Positions 27,225 through 36,798 of a stretch of DNA of 64,000 bases are shown piece after piece. The translations under genes were made by a program, and so were the position numbers. The first letter of the stretch is position 1. Each line of letters starts with the position of its first letter. Under the pieces are notes generated by a model. The model was given only the letters and a program-made list of their open reading frames with translations, did not search any database and had not been told where the DNA came from. Source of the stretch: a bacterium (GTDB lineage: Bacteria; Patescibacteriota; Minisyncoccia; Phycocordibacterales; UBA1006); the NCBI GenBank assembly GCA_037144045.1, contig JBAWXN010000003.1:7696-71695 (forward strand), in the 5' to 3' direction.

Positions 27225-27431
27225 ATGTCAACACAACAATGCTACTTTAAATCAAACAATATTAAACATATCGATTATAAAGATATCGAAATATTGCGAA
27301 AATTCTTGACTCCAACCGGAAAAATCATGCCATCTAAACGATCAGGTGTGTGCAAGAAAAACCAACGAAAACTAGCTAACGCTATCAAATATGCTCGATT
27401 CATGGGACTCCTCCCGTTTATCGAAGCTTAG
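27225..27431 (+). CDS. rpsR: 30S ribosomal protein S18
   Basis: 68 aa. IDYKDIEILRKFLTPTGKIMPSKRSGVCKKNQRKLANAIKYARFMGLLPF. Confidence 0.85.
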   Translation: MSTQQCYFKSNNIKHIDYKDIEILRKFLTPTGKIMPSKRSGVCKKNQRKLANAIKYARFMGLLPFIEA

Positions 27432-27435
27432 TTGA

Positions 27436-27468
27436 AATAAAAAACCTCTCGAATGAGAGGTTTTTTAT
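27436..27468. terminator. bidirectional intrinsic terminator (rpsR / efp)
   Basis: AAAAAACCTCTC-gaat-GAGAGGTTTTTT. Confidence 0.75.
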
Positions 27469-27485
27469 TTGTAGTGTAATTCCAA

Positions 27486-28070
27486 CTAAGCTTTTTCTGC
27501 ACGTCCTACGTATTCGTTCGTTTCAGTATTAATAGTGATGTAGTCACCTTCGTTAATAAAGAGGGGAACAGTAGCGGTTGCGCCTGTTTCCAGGGTTACA
27601 ATTTTTGAAGCTCCTGATGAAGTATTACCTTTAACCGCTGGAGCGGCTTCCTTTACTTTCAAGTTGAGCTTGATAGGGAGGTCTACACCAATAATTTGTT
27701 CTTCGTCATCCTCGTTGGTCCAGACAATAGAATTATAGACATCGTTTGGTTTCATCCATTGTTTTTTATCACCAATAAGGGGAGCAGCGATAACAAATCG
27801 GTCAGCTGGTTTCCCTTGCGGGTGGAACCAGAATTCACCCTTTGCTTCGTAGATGTATTGAACTGGTTTTTTAGCAATGTCAGCTTCTTCGATTTTATCT
27901 GATACCTGGAATGAATGTTCAACAACACGTCCTGACAGAAGGTTTTTAAGCTTAGTAGCGTTTACTGGCTTACGTTGCTGTTTACGGAATACATGAGACG
28001 CCAATACTTCGTATGGTTCGCCTTCATGCATAATAATTTTTCGAATGGTGGCTTCGTTATATGCGAGCAT
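27486..28070 (-). CDS. efp: elongation factor P
   Basis: 194 aa. ATKLKNLLSGRVVEHSF matches the EF-P motif RTKLKNLLTGxxxExTF. Three-domain length. Confidence 0.8.
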   Translation of the reverse strand: MLAYNEATIRKIIMHEGEPYEVLASHVFRKQQRKPVNATKLKNLLSGRVVEHSFQVSDKIEEADIAKKPVQYIYEAKGEFWFHPQGKPADRFVIAAPLIGDKKQWMKPNDVYNSIVWTNEDDEEQIIGVDLPIKLNLKVKEAAPAVKGNTSSGASKIVTLETGATATVPLFINEGDYITINTETNEYVGRAEKA

Positions 28071-28141
28071 AAATAATAGGGGATTAACGGTTGTTAGTTT
28101 CTAGAGGGTACCATGTTCACGATTAAAATCAAGGGTTATTC

Positions 28142-29275
28142 CTAGTTGAGTCCAATATTACCAAATCCTTTAATCGAGCCTCGAGGTGCTCGTTTTTTAG
28201 TTTTTAACTGTTTAGTGAGTTGATTATCCAGTGCGATAGCAAGTTCCTCTTGGCCTGCTACATGGGGATGTTCTTGGTCAAAGTCCCAATCCTGGTCTTC
28301 TTCAGGGAGTTTCCAGTTAATGGTTTCTTCACTTGCTTCGTGGGGTTCCTCTGACGGTATTGGATCATCCCAGTAACCAACATGTTCTCGTTTATAATTT
28401 TGCTCCTGTTGATGATTAAGGTACGCCTCCCACTCAGCTACTTGTCGATCGTATTGTTCTTGGTCACGTTCTAATGCAGCTTGGTATTCTTCAGACGCTT
28501 GAGCTGTTGCGTCAGCTTCGATATTACTATCAAGCATACGGTCTATTTCGTCGCGGTGCTGTTCGTACGTAGTATTTTTTACTACCTCAGAATCTCTTTT
28601 AAACCAATTCTTAATACGAGAAAGCCAAGGTTTTTGTTCTTTTTTGTAAGCCTGGTGTGATTCGATCTGTTCTTGTTGAGTTCGAGCACGACCTTTGAGG
28701 TATCGATCAAACTTGTCTTCTTTAGCCTTGTTAAATTCCTGAACTTGAAAATCATCCCAATGGTCAGGGGTAAGTTCTTGATTTGCGGTGATATTACCAT
28801 TTTCTTCTTCTCGGTTAAGAATGGCGTCAATTTCTGTAGGATTGTCAGTTCCAAACATGTCGAGGAGCTTCTTCTTCTCATCAATATCAGGGGTACTGAT
28901 CGATTCAGTAGGGGATTCTACTGTAGGAGTACGCTTTTTGCGTTCCTTGGTAGGTTTAACCACAATGTCTTCAAATGATAGATCGTCAATACTTGGTTGT
29001 TCAACGAAATCACTAGTAGATTCTACGGGTAGATTATCGGGCCCAGTAAAAATAGTTGATCCGTTTTCAGAATGATATTCTTCTTGATGGTTGATAGATT
29101 TTTTAAGTCTTCGTTTTTTTTCTACACGCTCAAGAACCTCTTGAGACTTTTCTTGTTTCAAAAGGGTTTTTTCTTGGATTGTGAGCTTTTCTCCCGGTGC
29201 TAATTTTTTCTTTTTCTTGTTTGCGTCGCGCTTTTCAATAGTTGATTTAAGCGTAATTGGTTGTTCGAAAGTCAT
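28142..29275 (-). CDS. highly charged low-complexity hypothetical protein
   Basis: 377 aa, rich in E/K/D/Q. Directly upstream of recA on the same strand (12-nt gap). Confidence 0.45.
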   Translation of the reverse strand: MTFEQPITLKSTIEKRDANKKKKKLAPGEKLTIQEKTLLKQEKSQEVLERVEKKRRLKKSINHQEEYHSENGSTIFTGPDNLPVESTSDFVEQPSIDDLSFEDIVVKPTKERKKRTPTVESPTESISTPDIDEKKKLLDMFGTDNPTEIDAILNREEENGNITANQELTPDHWDDFQVQEFNKAKEDKFDRYLKGRARTQQEQIESHQAYKKEQKPWLSRIKNWFKRDSEVVKNTTYEQHRDEIDRMLDSNIEADATAQASEEYQAALERDQEQYDRQVAEWEAYLNHQQEQNYKREHVGYWDDPIPSEEPHEASEETINWKLPEEDQDWDFDQEHPHVAGQEELAIALDNQLTKQLKTKKRAPRGSIKGFGNIGLN

Positions 29276-29286
29276 ACAAGTAAAAA

Positions 29287-30360
29287 TTATTCTTCTGGGG
29301 TTTCTTCATCTTCTTCTTTACCTGCAAATGCAAGTCCTCCCGATTCCATAGCTTTCTTGATTTCCTTAAGGAGTTTTTCACGGATTTGCTTGTTTGCCTT
29401 GTCGCGGAGGAATGTTCGTGCGGCGTCATATCCTCGTCCCAAAGAGATTTTTTCACCTTCTGGGCTTCGGTAACTAAATGAAGCTCCTGATTTTTCAATC
29501 ATTTTGAATTTTTCGCCCAATGCAAGGAGTTCGCCTTCTGCAGAAATACCTTCATTATAAATGATATCGAATTCTGTTTGCTTGAAAGGGGATGCGACTT
29601 TGTTTTTAACTACTTTTACTCGAGTACGTGCTCCCACTACGTCTTCACCTTTTTTGATCTGAGCAATTTTGCGGATATCGAGACGTACAGAGGTATAGAA
29701 CTTGAGCGCTTTTCCTCCTGGGGTTGTTTCTGGATTACCAAACATTACCCCAATTTGCATACGAATCTGGTTGATGAAGATAACAATAGTATTTGATCGA
29801 GCAACAATAGCGGTAAGCTTTCGGAGTGCTTGCGACATAAGTCGCGCTTGTTTACCTACATGGTGAGCACCCATGTCGCCTTCAATTTCATCTTTTGGGG
29901 TAAGGGCTGCTACTGAGTCTACAACTACTACGTCAATTTTACCCGAACGAACCAGGGTTTCAGTAATTTCGAGTGCTTGTTCACCGTGGTCTGGTTGAGA
30001 AATAAGGAGTTCGTCGATATTTACTCCAAGCTTCTTGGCATATTCTGGATCCATAGCGTGTTCAGCATCGATAAACGCACACACACCACCAGCTTTTTGT
30101 GCTTCTGCAATAACGTGGAGTGTTAGGGTTGTTTTACCTGATGATTCTGGACCAAATATTTCTACGATTCGTCCACGTGGAATTCCACCTACTCCAAGAG
30201 CAAAGTCGAGCCCGATCGAACCAGTTGAAATAGAGCCGATGTCTACTTTAGGGGTTTCTCCGAGTTTCATGATGGCACCTTCACCAAATTTGGTTTGGAT
30301 CATTTTAATGGTGTCACGAAGGTCATTGGTGTCTTTTGATACAGGTTTTTTCTTTGCCAT
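29287..30360 (-). CDS. recA: recombinase RecA
   Basis: Walker [11 protein letters not shown] and [10 protein letters not shown], with an acidic C-terminal tail. Start set at the internal ATG ([10 protein letters not shown]) rather than the longer ORF-track start. Confidence 0.95.
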   Translation of the reverse strand: MAKKKPVSKDTNDLRDTIKMIQTKFGEGAIMKLGETPKVDIGSISTGSIGLDFALGVGGIPRGRIVEIFGPESSGKTTLTLHVIAEAQKAGGVCAFIDAEHAMDPEYAKKLGVNIDELLISQPDHGEQALEITETLVRSGKIDVVVVDSVAALTPKDEIEGDMGAHHVGKQARLMSQALRKLTAIVARSNTIVIFINQIRMQIGVMFGNPETTPGGKALKFYTSVRLDIRKIAQIKKGEDVVGARTRVKVVKNKVASPFKQTEFDIIYNEGISAEGELLALGEKFKMIEKSGASFSYRSPEGEKISLGRGYDAARTFLRDKANKQIREKLLKEIKKAMESGGLAFAGKEEDEETPEE

Positions 30361-30424
30361 AGGATGTAAGTAAATTAGTTTAATAGGATGATGTAAGTAT
30401 AGCGATAAAAGATCAATTTTTCCT

Positions 30425-30847
30425 CTAGTGATTATCACTATGAACAGGAGTAACTGTATTCATAGTAAGAGTTTGAGGAGGGGTTTTTTCGGTAAGTACC
30501 ACGGCGTAGTTTTGGTTTTTTGTTTTTCCAAATCGGTCAGCGCCTTGAATCATTACTAAATTATACCCTGGGTTAAGTACGAGTTTTTCATCGAATGATC
30601 CATCAGGGGATAGTGCAAGGTTCTTGCCATTTACAATGAGTTGTTGGGTAAACGAAGCAGTTCCTGAGATACGAATCATGGGTTCTTGAACCGTTCCACC
30701 ATTAGTTAATGTTGCAACCGTAATGACAGGGCCATGAATAATAGGGTAGAGTTTACAACCAACAAATCCGAGTACTCCAAAAACAAAGATTCCTATGAGT
30801 CCTTTTTGAATCAATTGTTTTGTTTTTTCGGATGATGATGGTTGCAT
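30425..30847 (-). CDS. hypothetical membrane-anchored protein
   Basis: 140 aa with N-terminal TM ([21 protein letters not shown]). Confidence 0.45.
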   Translation of the reverse strand: MQPSSSEKTKQLIQKGLIGIFVFGVLGFVGCKLYPIIHGPVITVATLTNGGTVQEPMIRISGTASFTQQLIVNGKNLALSPDGSFDEKLVLNPGYNLVMIQGADRFGKTKNQNYAVVLTEKTPPQTLTMNTVTPVHSDNH

Positions 30848-30851
30848 AGGG

Positions 30852-33116
30852 TTAATCGTCTCCTTCTTCTGAAGCTACTCGTTCAGCAATATCGTGATTT
30901 GAATAGGTAGGGGTCATGACTTCTCGAGGTTTAGCTCCGTCGGCCGGCCCGACAATGCCTCGTTCTTCTAATAGATCAATGAGGCGGGCCGCCCGCGAAT
31001 ACCCAACTTTCAACTTGCGTTGAATATAACTCGTGGACGCTTTACCTGCTTCCATAACTACTGCTTTAGCGTCTTCGTAGAGCTCGTCCTCATCGTCATC
31101 ATCAACTGATGAAGAAGAAATCGAACGATCGTCATCGATAGTTTCACCAAGGCTAATTTCGTCAGGAAGGGAATTGTTGTGCTTCTTAATAAATGATACC
31201 ACAGCTTTCACTTGGTCTTCACCTACGTTGGCACATTGCATACGTTCCGGCTTTGACATTCCTTCTCCTTGATAGAGCATGTCTCCTTTTCCGAGGAGTG
31301 ATTCAGCACCTGGAGCATCCAAAATAGTACGTGAGTCAATTTGTGATGCCACCTGAAGGGCGAGTCGTGAAGGAATGTTTGCTTTAATAAGTCCTGTAAT
31401 AACGTTTACCGATGGTCGCTGGGTTGAAAGTACGAGGTGAATACCAACGGCACGTGACATTTGCGCAAGGCGTACGATTCCTGATTCGAGTTCTCGAGGA
31501 TACGCCTGCATAATGTCCGCCAATTCATCGATAAATACTACAATGTACGGCATACGTTCTGGTGCTTTAGGATCGTCAGCAGGTACTTTTCCTGAACTTG
31601 CTTTAGCTAAATAAGGTTCAAGGATGTTTTTGTGGTACGACTGAATGTCTCGACATGTATGACTTTCAAGCAGGTCATAGCGTCGCTCCATTTCTTTGGC
31701 AGCCCATTTGAGTGCCAAGATTGCCTTTTTAGGTTCTTTGATAACTGGGGTCAATAGGTGAGGGATGTCGTTATAGAGGGTAAGTTCTACTCGTTTAGGG
31801 TCCACCATAATTAATCGTAGGTCTTCTGGTCCATTTCGATAAATCAATGAAAGGATCATATTATGTACTGTTACTGACTTACCTGAACCCGTGGTTCCTG
31901 CGATCAAGAGATGGGGCATTTTTGCTAAGTTGGCAAAATGTGACTTCCCAGTAACTCCTTTTCCGAGGGCGATAAGGAGCCTGTCGGGTGAATTCTCGAA
32001 GAGTTCTTCCTCGAGCAATGTTCCGAGTCCAACACTTGATTTGATACGGTTAGGGATTTCAATACCTACTAATGATTTACCAGGAATAGGGGCTTCAATA
32101 CGAATAGGGTGGGCAGCAAGTGCAAGTGCAAGGTCAGATTTAAGTGCCACAATACGGGCTAATTTGATTCCTTCTGCAGGCTTTAAGGCGTAGCGAGTAA
32201 CGGTCGGACCGATTGAAACTTCGTCCATTTCAACATCGATTCCGAAGTTAAGGAGGGTACGTTTAATTAAGTTTGCGTTCGCTTTGATGTCGCCTACCGA
32301 TGGTTTACCTGATGATTTATTAAGAAGGTCAGTAGGAGGGTATTCGTAGGTTTCAGACATGAGTGCAGATCCTGACATCACGATTTCTTCTTCGGGTTCT
32401 GGTTGAGGTTTTGAGACAGCCTTAGTGAATTTTTCAACAAGCGATGGTTTTTCTTCTTCGTCCTCATCTTCTTCTATTTCTATAATTGCTTCGTCTTCAT
32501 CGGCAAGTTCATCAAGGAGGATAGATTCACCAAACTCAACTGAGTCGGCAGACTGAACAGGTTCTTTTTTTGAAAAGAGGGTATGCAAGAAAGAGGGAAT
32601 ACGAAGTTCTTCGTTCAGGAGAACCATTACTGAAATGAGTGATAACGCACCGAGGATAATGGCAGCTGCATACACGTCAAAAATACCCACCATAACGTTT
32701 GCGATACCATATCCGACCAATCCACCACCACGTAGTGAAGGGGTAATAATTTGGATAAATCCAAGAGCTGAAAACCCAAGCAGGGTAGCACTAATATATT
32801 CAAGGATGGTCCAAGGATTTGGATAGCCACGGAATAGATGAATCGCATAGACAATAATCATTACTGGAATAAGCACAACGCCGAATCCAAAGAGTGCCTC
32901 AAATACAGTGTGGTACAAAAAATTACCTGCGACTCCAGCCACTCCAAAAGCACCCAGAATAATAATAAGCGCGATTACTAAGAGTATGATGGCAATAATG
33001 GAATATTTGATTTTTGGATCTAATGAAAAAGCGTCAGAACCAGTGATAAGGTCCTTAGAATTTTTTACAGATTCCGAGTTGGTACGAGACGCTTTTTTGA
33101 TATCTTTTTTAGCCAT
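30852..33116 (-). CDS. ftsK: DNA translocase FtsK/SpoIIIE
   Basis: N-terminal TM helices. Motor domain with Walker A AGTTGSGKS. C-terminal winged-helix gamma domain (SYIQRKLKVGYSRAARLIDLLE). Confidence 0.9.
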   Translation of the reverse strand: MAKKDIKKASRTNSESVKNSKDLITGSDAFSLDPKIKYSIIAIILLVIALIIILGAFGVAGVAGNFLYHTVFEALFGFGVVLIPVMIIVYAIHLFRGYPNPWTILEYISATLLGFSALGFIQIITPSLRGGGLVGYGIANVMVGIFDVYAAAIILGALSLISVMVLLNEELRIPSFLHTLFSKKEPVQSADSVEFGESILLDELADEDEAIIEIEEDEDEEEKPSLVEKFTKAVSKPQPEPEEEIVMSGSALMSETYEYPPTDLLNKSSGKPSVGDIKANANLIKRTLLNFGIDVEMDEVSIGPTVTRYALKPAEGIKLARIVALKSDLALALAAHPIRIEAPIPGKSLVGIEIPNRIKSSVGLGTLLEEELFENSPDRLLIALGKGVTGKSHFANLAKMPHLLIAGTTGSGKSVTVHNMILSLIYRNGPEDLRLIMVDPKRVELTLYNDIPHLLTPVIKEPKKAILALKWAAKEMERRYDLLESHTCRDIQSYHKNILEPYLAKASSGKVPADDPKAPERMPYIVVFIDELADIMQAYPRELESGIVRLAQMSRAVGIHLVLSTQRPSVNVITGLIKANIPSRLALQVASQIDSRTILDAPGAESLLGKGDMLYQGEGMSKPERMQCANVGEDQVKAVVSFIKKHNNSLPDEISLGETIDDDRSISSSSVDDDDEDELYEDAKAVVMEAGKASTSYIQRKLKVGYSRAARLIDLLEERGIVGPADGAKPREVMTPTYSNHDIAERVASEEGDD

Positions 33117-33239
33117 GAAGTACCCCTAGTATACCAAGAAAAAGCTTTATAATACAAGGGTAAAAAAGAAATTTGCATTAACGACACAATCAGTATAGTA
33201 TAGAAACTACATCCGAGACGGTGATGATATTAAAGACAT

Positions 33240-34136
33240 ATGAAAGGTCAAAACGACGTATCAAAACGACATGAAGAGGAAGGGTCTCAACCATTAAACG
33301 ACATTCGAAAAGAAGTCTTGTTTTATAATGATATTTTTACTAATCCTCTAGAAAAGTCTTTTTTTGTTTATTCTCGCAAGATCGAGAAGATTGTCACAGC
33401 GCTCTACCTGGTTACCGATGTTATGGATGGGGAACTGCCGTTGACTCGATCGCTAAGGTCCGAATCACTTGACCTCCTAAATGCGTGTTATCAAATTCTT
33501 ACTAGTACTGGAAAACTAGCACCCATTGAGATGACTCGAATATTGGTTCGACTCGAACACGTAACTTCACTTATTTCAATTGGAAGGATTGCACATCATA
33601 TTTCAGAAATGAATGCACAGGTCCTCATTGGGGAGCTCCAAAAAGTAACACACTTGATTGCCTTAGACACCCAAGAACTTACTCAGAAATACACTTCATA
33701 CCTCTACCCAAGAAATCATGGTGTCGAAACAGTTCAACCAGTCGTGTCACATGCAACTCTAGATGATGCCTCATTTGAAGAACTCGAGAAGACTAAAAAG
33801 CGACAAGGAGTTACAGGTAGACCAGTAAACGACATTAAAACGACATTAACGACATTCACATCAGAAGCTAAGAAATCAAGTGAACACAAAAAAGACATTG
33901 GTAATACTGTTGCAACAGTCAAAACGACATATAAAATAAGTGGAGGTGATCCTGATAGAAAACAGAGTATTCTCAACGTCATTAAATCGCATAAGAATGC
34001 ATCTATGCAGGACATTCAAAAGTTTGTTACTGGGTGCAGTGATAAGACACTCCAGCGTGAACTCGTGAGCCTCATTGCTTCTGGGCAGATTCGTAAGATA
34101 GGGGACAAGCGATGGGCAACGTATCATGTCGTTTAA
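33240..34136 (+). CDS. hypothetical protein with C-terminal winged-helix-like segment
   Basis: 298 aa. C-terminus SMQDIQKFVTGCSDKTLQRELVSLIASGQIRKIGDKRWATY resembles a wHTH. Confidence 0.4.
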   Translation: MKGQNDVSKRHEEEGSQPLNDIRKEVLFYNDIFTNPLEKSFFVYSRKIEKIVTALYLVTDVMDGELPLTRSLRSESLDLLNACYQILTSTGKLAPIEMTRILVRLEHVTSLISIGRIAHHISEMNAQVLIGELQKVTHLIALDTQELTQKYTSYLYPRNHGVETVQPVVSHATLDDASFEELEKTKKRQGVTGRPVNDIKTTLTTFTSEAKKSSEHKKDIGNTVATVKTTYKISGGDPDRKQSILNVIKSHKNASMQDIQKFVTGCSDKTLQRELVSLIASGQIRKIGDKRWATYHVV

Positions 34137-34162
34137 CCTCTCCCGGTCAGCTGCGCTGACCA

Positions 34163-34239
34163 CCCTCTCCTGATAAGGAGAGGGTCAGAGAAATCATGAT
34201 GTTTGGGAAAATTTTATCCTTCCCCTGATAAGGGGAGGG
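34163..34239 (+). repeat. pair of paralogous hairpins with identical TGATAA loops
   Basis: CCCTCTCC-TGATAA-GGAGAGGG (34163-34184) and CCTTCCCC-TGATAA-GGGGAGGG (34218-34239). Further hairpins flank them at 34145-34161, 34246-34262 and 34284-34316. Confidence 0.5.
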
Positions 34240-34818
34240 TGAATCCCGAAGGGGGACGGGAGGGGTATTTGACAAAAAGTCTAAAAATTACCTAATTTTT
34301 ATTAGGTAATTTTTTTGGTTGTGATTCGTCATCATTGATAGAAACAGAGTTGCGTGGATTTAAAGACACGCTATAATGTTTTCACTCCATAGAACATCAT
34401 AAATAAATGGGTGTGGATAAGTACTAATCTGCTTGCCTTGCCTAGCTCGTTTGTGGTACTATGGTTCCGTGCTTGTGAATTTGTAAGACGGTTCGTAATC
34501 GAGTTACAACATTCTCGGAATCATTCATTGTTAACTCAATAGACATTTTTTTATTTATTTTGTTAACAGCAAAATCTTTCTCGTCTTAACAGAACACACC
34601 ACTTATCTGTGTAGAATGCTATTCAAATAGTATTCTTCATATATATGTGGTGTGTTCTCACCGACGGGTGAGATACACTCCACATATTCTTTACAGAATA
34701 TTGTAGAGATAATAAACAGTACACAATATGGTCTACCACTTAATAAGTCGACGGTAGATCGTGTACGAATCTTTTCTGGCTTAATTACCAGAAAGGATAA
34801 TTGAAATTAATTTTAATT

Positions 34819-36717
34819 ATGCAAAAGAAATTTTTCGCAGTAGCTACATTTGCACTTGCTTTCGCAGTTGCATTTTCAGCTAGTGCATATGATCTCGGTT
34901 CAACAACATTGAAACGAGGATCAACAGGTGCAGCAGTTGTTGAACTCCAAAAAGCTTTGAACGAAAAGAACGGAGCTGGACTTGCAACTGATGGATCTTT
35001 CGGACGAGGAACAGAATCAGCAGTTAAAGCTTTCCAAGCTTCAAAAAACTTGGGAGCTGACGGTAAAGCTGGAGCGTTAACAAAGGCAGCTTTGAACGCT
35101 TCTACTTCTACTACAACTACTACAACATCAACAGCAGGACTTTGTCCAAACGGAATGACACTTGCATCAAACTGCACAATGTCTCCTTCAACATCATGGG
35201 GGTCTTCTTCTTCAGCAGAAGGATACCTAGCTGATATTGCTTCAGATTCATCAAACCTTGTTTCAACAGTTTACGAATCTGAACAAGACAAAGTTGTTAA
35301 CGGATTCCGTGCAACAGCTCGATTGGCAGACCAGAAGATTGAAAAAGTTACTGTAACATTGTTACAGACAAACGGATCAGCTTCAGTTAACCTTGCTAAA
35401 TACGCTTCAAGTGTTTCACTTTGGAACGGATCTACAAAGTTAGCAACTATGTCAGTTGCTAATGCAGACCGATCAACTTCAACAGATCTTTACACATTCA
35501 ACTTTACAGGATTGAGTTCAATCATTGCTAAAGATACAGCTGGACGATTCTACGTTTCAATCAATGCAAACGGAGCTCTCGATTCAGTTGATGCAACTAA
35601 CGCTACATGGGTTGGTAAAATCACAGAAGTTCGTGCAACATCTCCAAACGGTGTTTACGTAACAACAAATGGTTCACCATTCCCACTTTCTAAGACATTT
35701 GGATTTGGTAAGTTCTCAGCTAACGGAGTTAAGGCAGAAGTTGCACTTGCATCTTCAAACCCAACTTCACAAACTGTAACAGTTAGTGAAACATCTAACA
35801 CTAATGACAAAACTCTTTTGAAGTTCAAGATTACTGCTAAAAACACTTCTCTTACACTTCGAAAAGTTGGAATCAAGATCACTTCATCAGGAGCTGACCT
35901 TGAAGACATCATTAACACAGTTAAACTTTACCGAGACGCTACACAACTTGATAACAAATCAGGTGACGTAGTTGCGGCTTCAGCTATGGGGACATATGTA
36001 TTTGACAACCTTTCAGGAACATCAATTGCATCAGGTTCTTCAGCTGAATTCTCAGTTTCTGTAGATCTTAAGAAGCAAGTAGGAAACTACACTTCTGGAG
36101 TTGCGCTTACAGCTGAATTTACAGATTTGACAAGTACAAACTTCTCAGTTCAAGATGCTAACGGTGATCAACTACAAGCTGGATCAACATACCGATCTGG
36201 ATCAGCAGTTGGATCAGCTATGACTCTTCGAACAAAGGGAGTTTCAGCTACAGCTGGATCAGCTACAGCACCAGTTTCTTCTATTGGTAACTCTTCAACA
36301 CAACAAGTTACATTCTCATTCCCATTGAATTTGATTGGATCTGGTGTTGATTACTATGTTCCAAAAGCAGCTCAATTGGTGACTACTGGTGCATCTATGC
36401 CAGGATCTGCAACAGCTTCTAAGGGTATCTACTTTGCTATCCAGAACCTTACAAGTAACGCATTCCTTTCATCTGCAGCAGCTAACGTTGATTCATCAGC
36501 AACTGTTTATGGTACAAACCCAGAACAATTGCTAGCTTCAAACACTGGTACAAATGCAACATTGAAAGTTACAATCAACGGAAACGGAACAGCAGCTTAC
36601 TACAAGCTTTATGTTCTTGGATTCGCTGGAGCTGAATCTTTGAATGGAACATTGTCTACATACGCTGTTGACAATGCATCTGCATTCACAGTTACTTCAA
36701 ACGGAGCAGTTCAATAA
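34819..36717 (+). CDS. secreted cell-surface protein: signal peptide + peptidoglycan-binding domain + long Ser/Thr-rich beta region (candidate S-layer protein)
   Basis: Signal peptide MQKKFFAVATFALAFAVAFSASA|YD. The PG_binding_1-like repeat is LKRGSTGAAVVELQKALNEKNG...TDGSFGRGTESAVKAFQ. Poly-Thr linker. Codon usage is strikingly different from neighbouring genes (almost only A/T-ending codons gca/tca/aca/gtt/gct), typical of a very highly expressed gene. Confidence 0.6.
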   Translation: MQKKFFAVATFALAFAVAFSASAYDLGSTTLKRGSTGAAVVELQKALNEKNGAGLATDGSFGRGTESAVKAFQASKNLGADGKAGALTKAALNASTSTTTTTTSTAGLCPNGMTLASNCTMSPSTSWGSSSSAEGYLADIASDSSNLVSTVYESEQDKVVNGFRATARLADQKIEKVTVTLLQTNGSASVNLAKYASSVSLWNGSTKLATMSVANADRSTSTDLYTFNFTGLSSIIAKDTAGRFYVSINANGALDSVDATNATWVGKITEVRATSPNGVYVTTNGSPFPLSKTFGFGKFSANGVKAEVALASSNPTSQTVTVSETSNTNDKTLLKFKITAKNTSLTLRKVGIKITSSGADLEDIINTVKLYRDATQLDNKSGDVVAASAMGTYVFDNLSGTSIASGSSAEFSVSVDLKKQVGNYTSGVALTAEFTDLTSTNFSVQDANGDQLQAGSTYRSGSAVGSAMTLRTKGVSATAGSATAPVSSIGNSSTQQVTFSFPLNLIGSGVDYYVPKAAQLVTTGASMPGSATASKGIYFAIQNLTSNAFLSSAAANVDSSATVYGTNPEQLLASNTGTNATLKVTINGNGTAAYYKLYVLGFAGAESLNGTLSTYAVDNASAFTVTSNGAVQ

Positions 36718-36741
36718 TATTGAACCTAACTGTTAAAGTTT

Positions 36742-36770
36742 CAAAAAACCCCGCAAGGGGTTTTTTGTTT
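36742..36770 (+). terminator. strong intrinsic terminator
   Basis: AAAAAACCCCGC-aa-GGGGTTTTTTGTTTTT. Confidence 0.8.
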
Positions 36771-36798
36771 TTCCAAATATTTTCTATATAATGCCTGT

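Noticed and set aside
30361-30438. Longer recA start ([26 protein letters not shown]...)
   Set aside because: The N-terminal extension is unlike RecA. The canonical RecA N-terminus begins at the internal Met (MAKKKPV).
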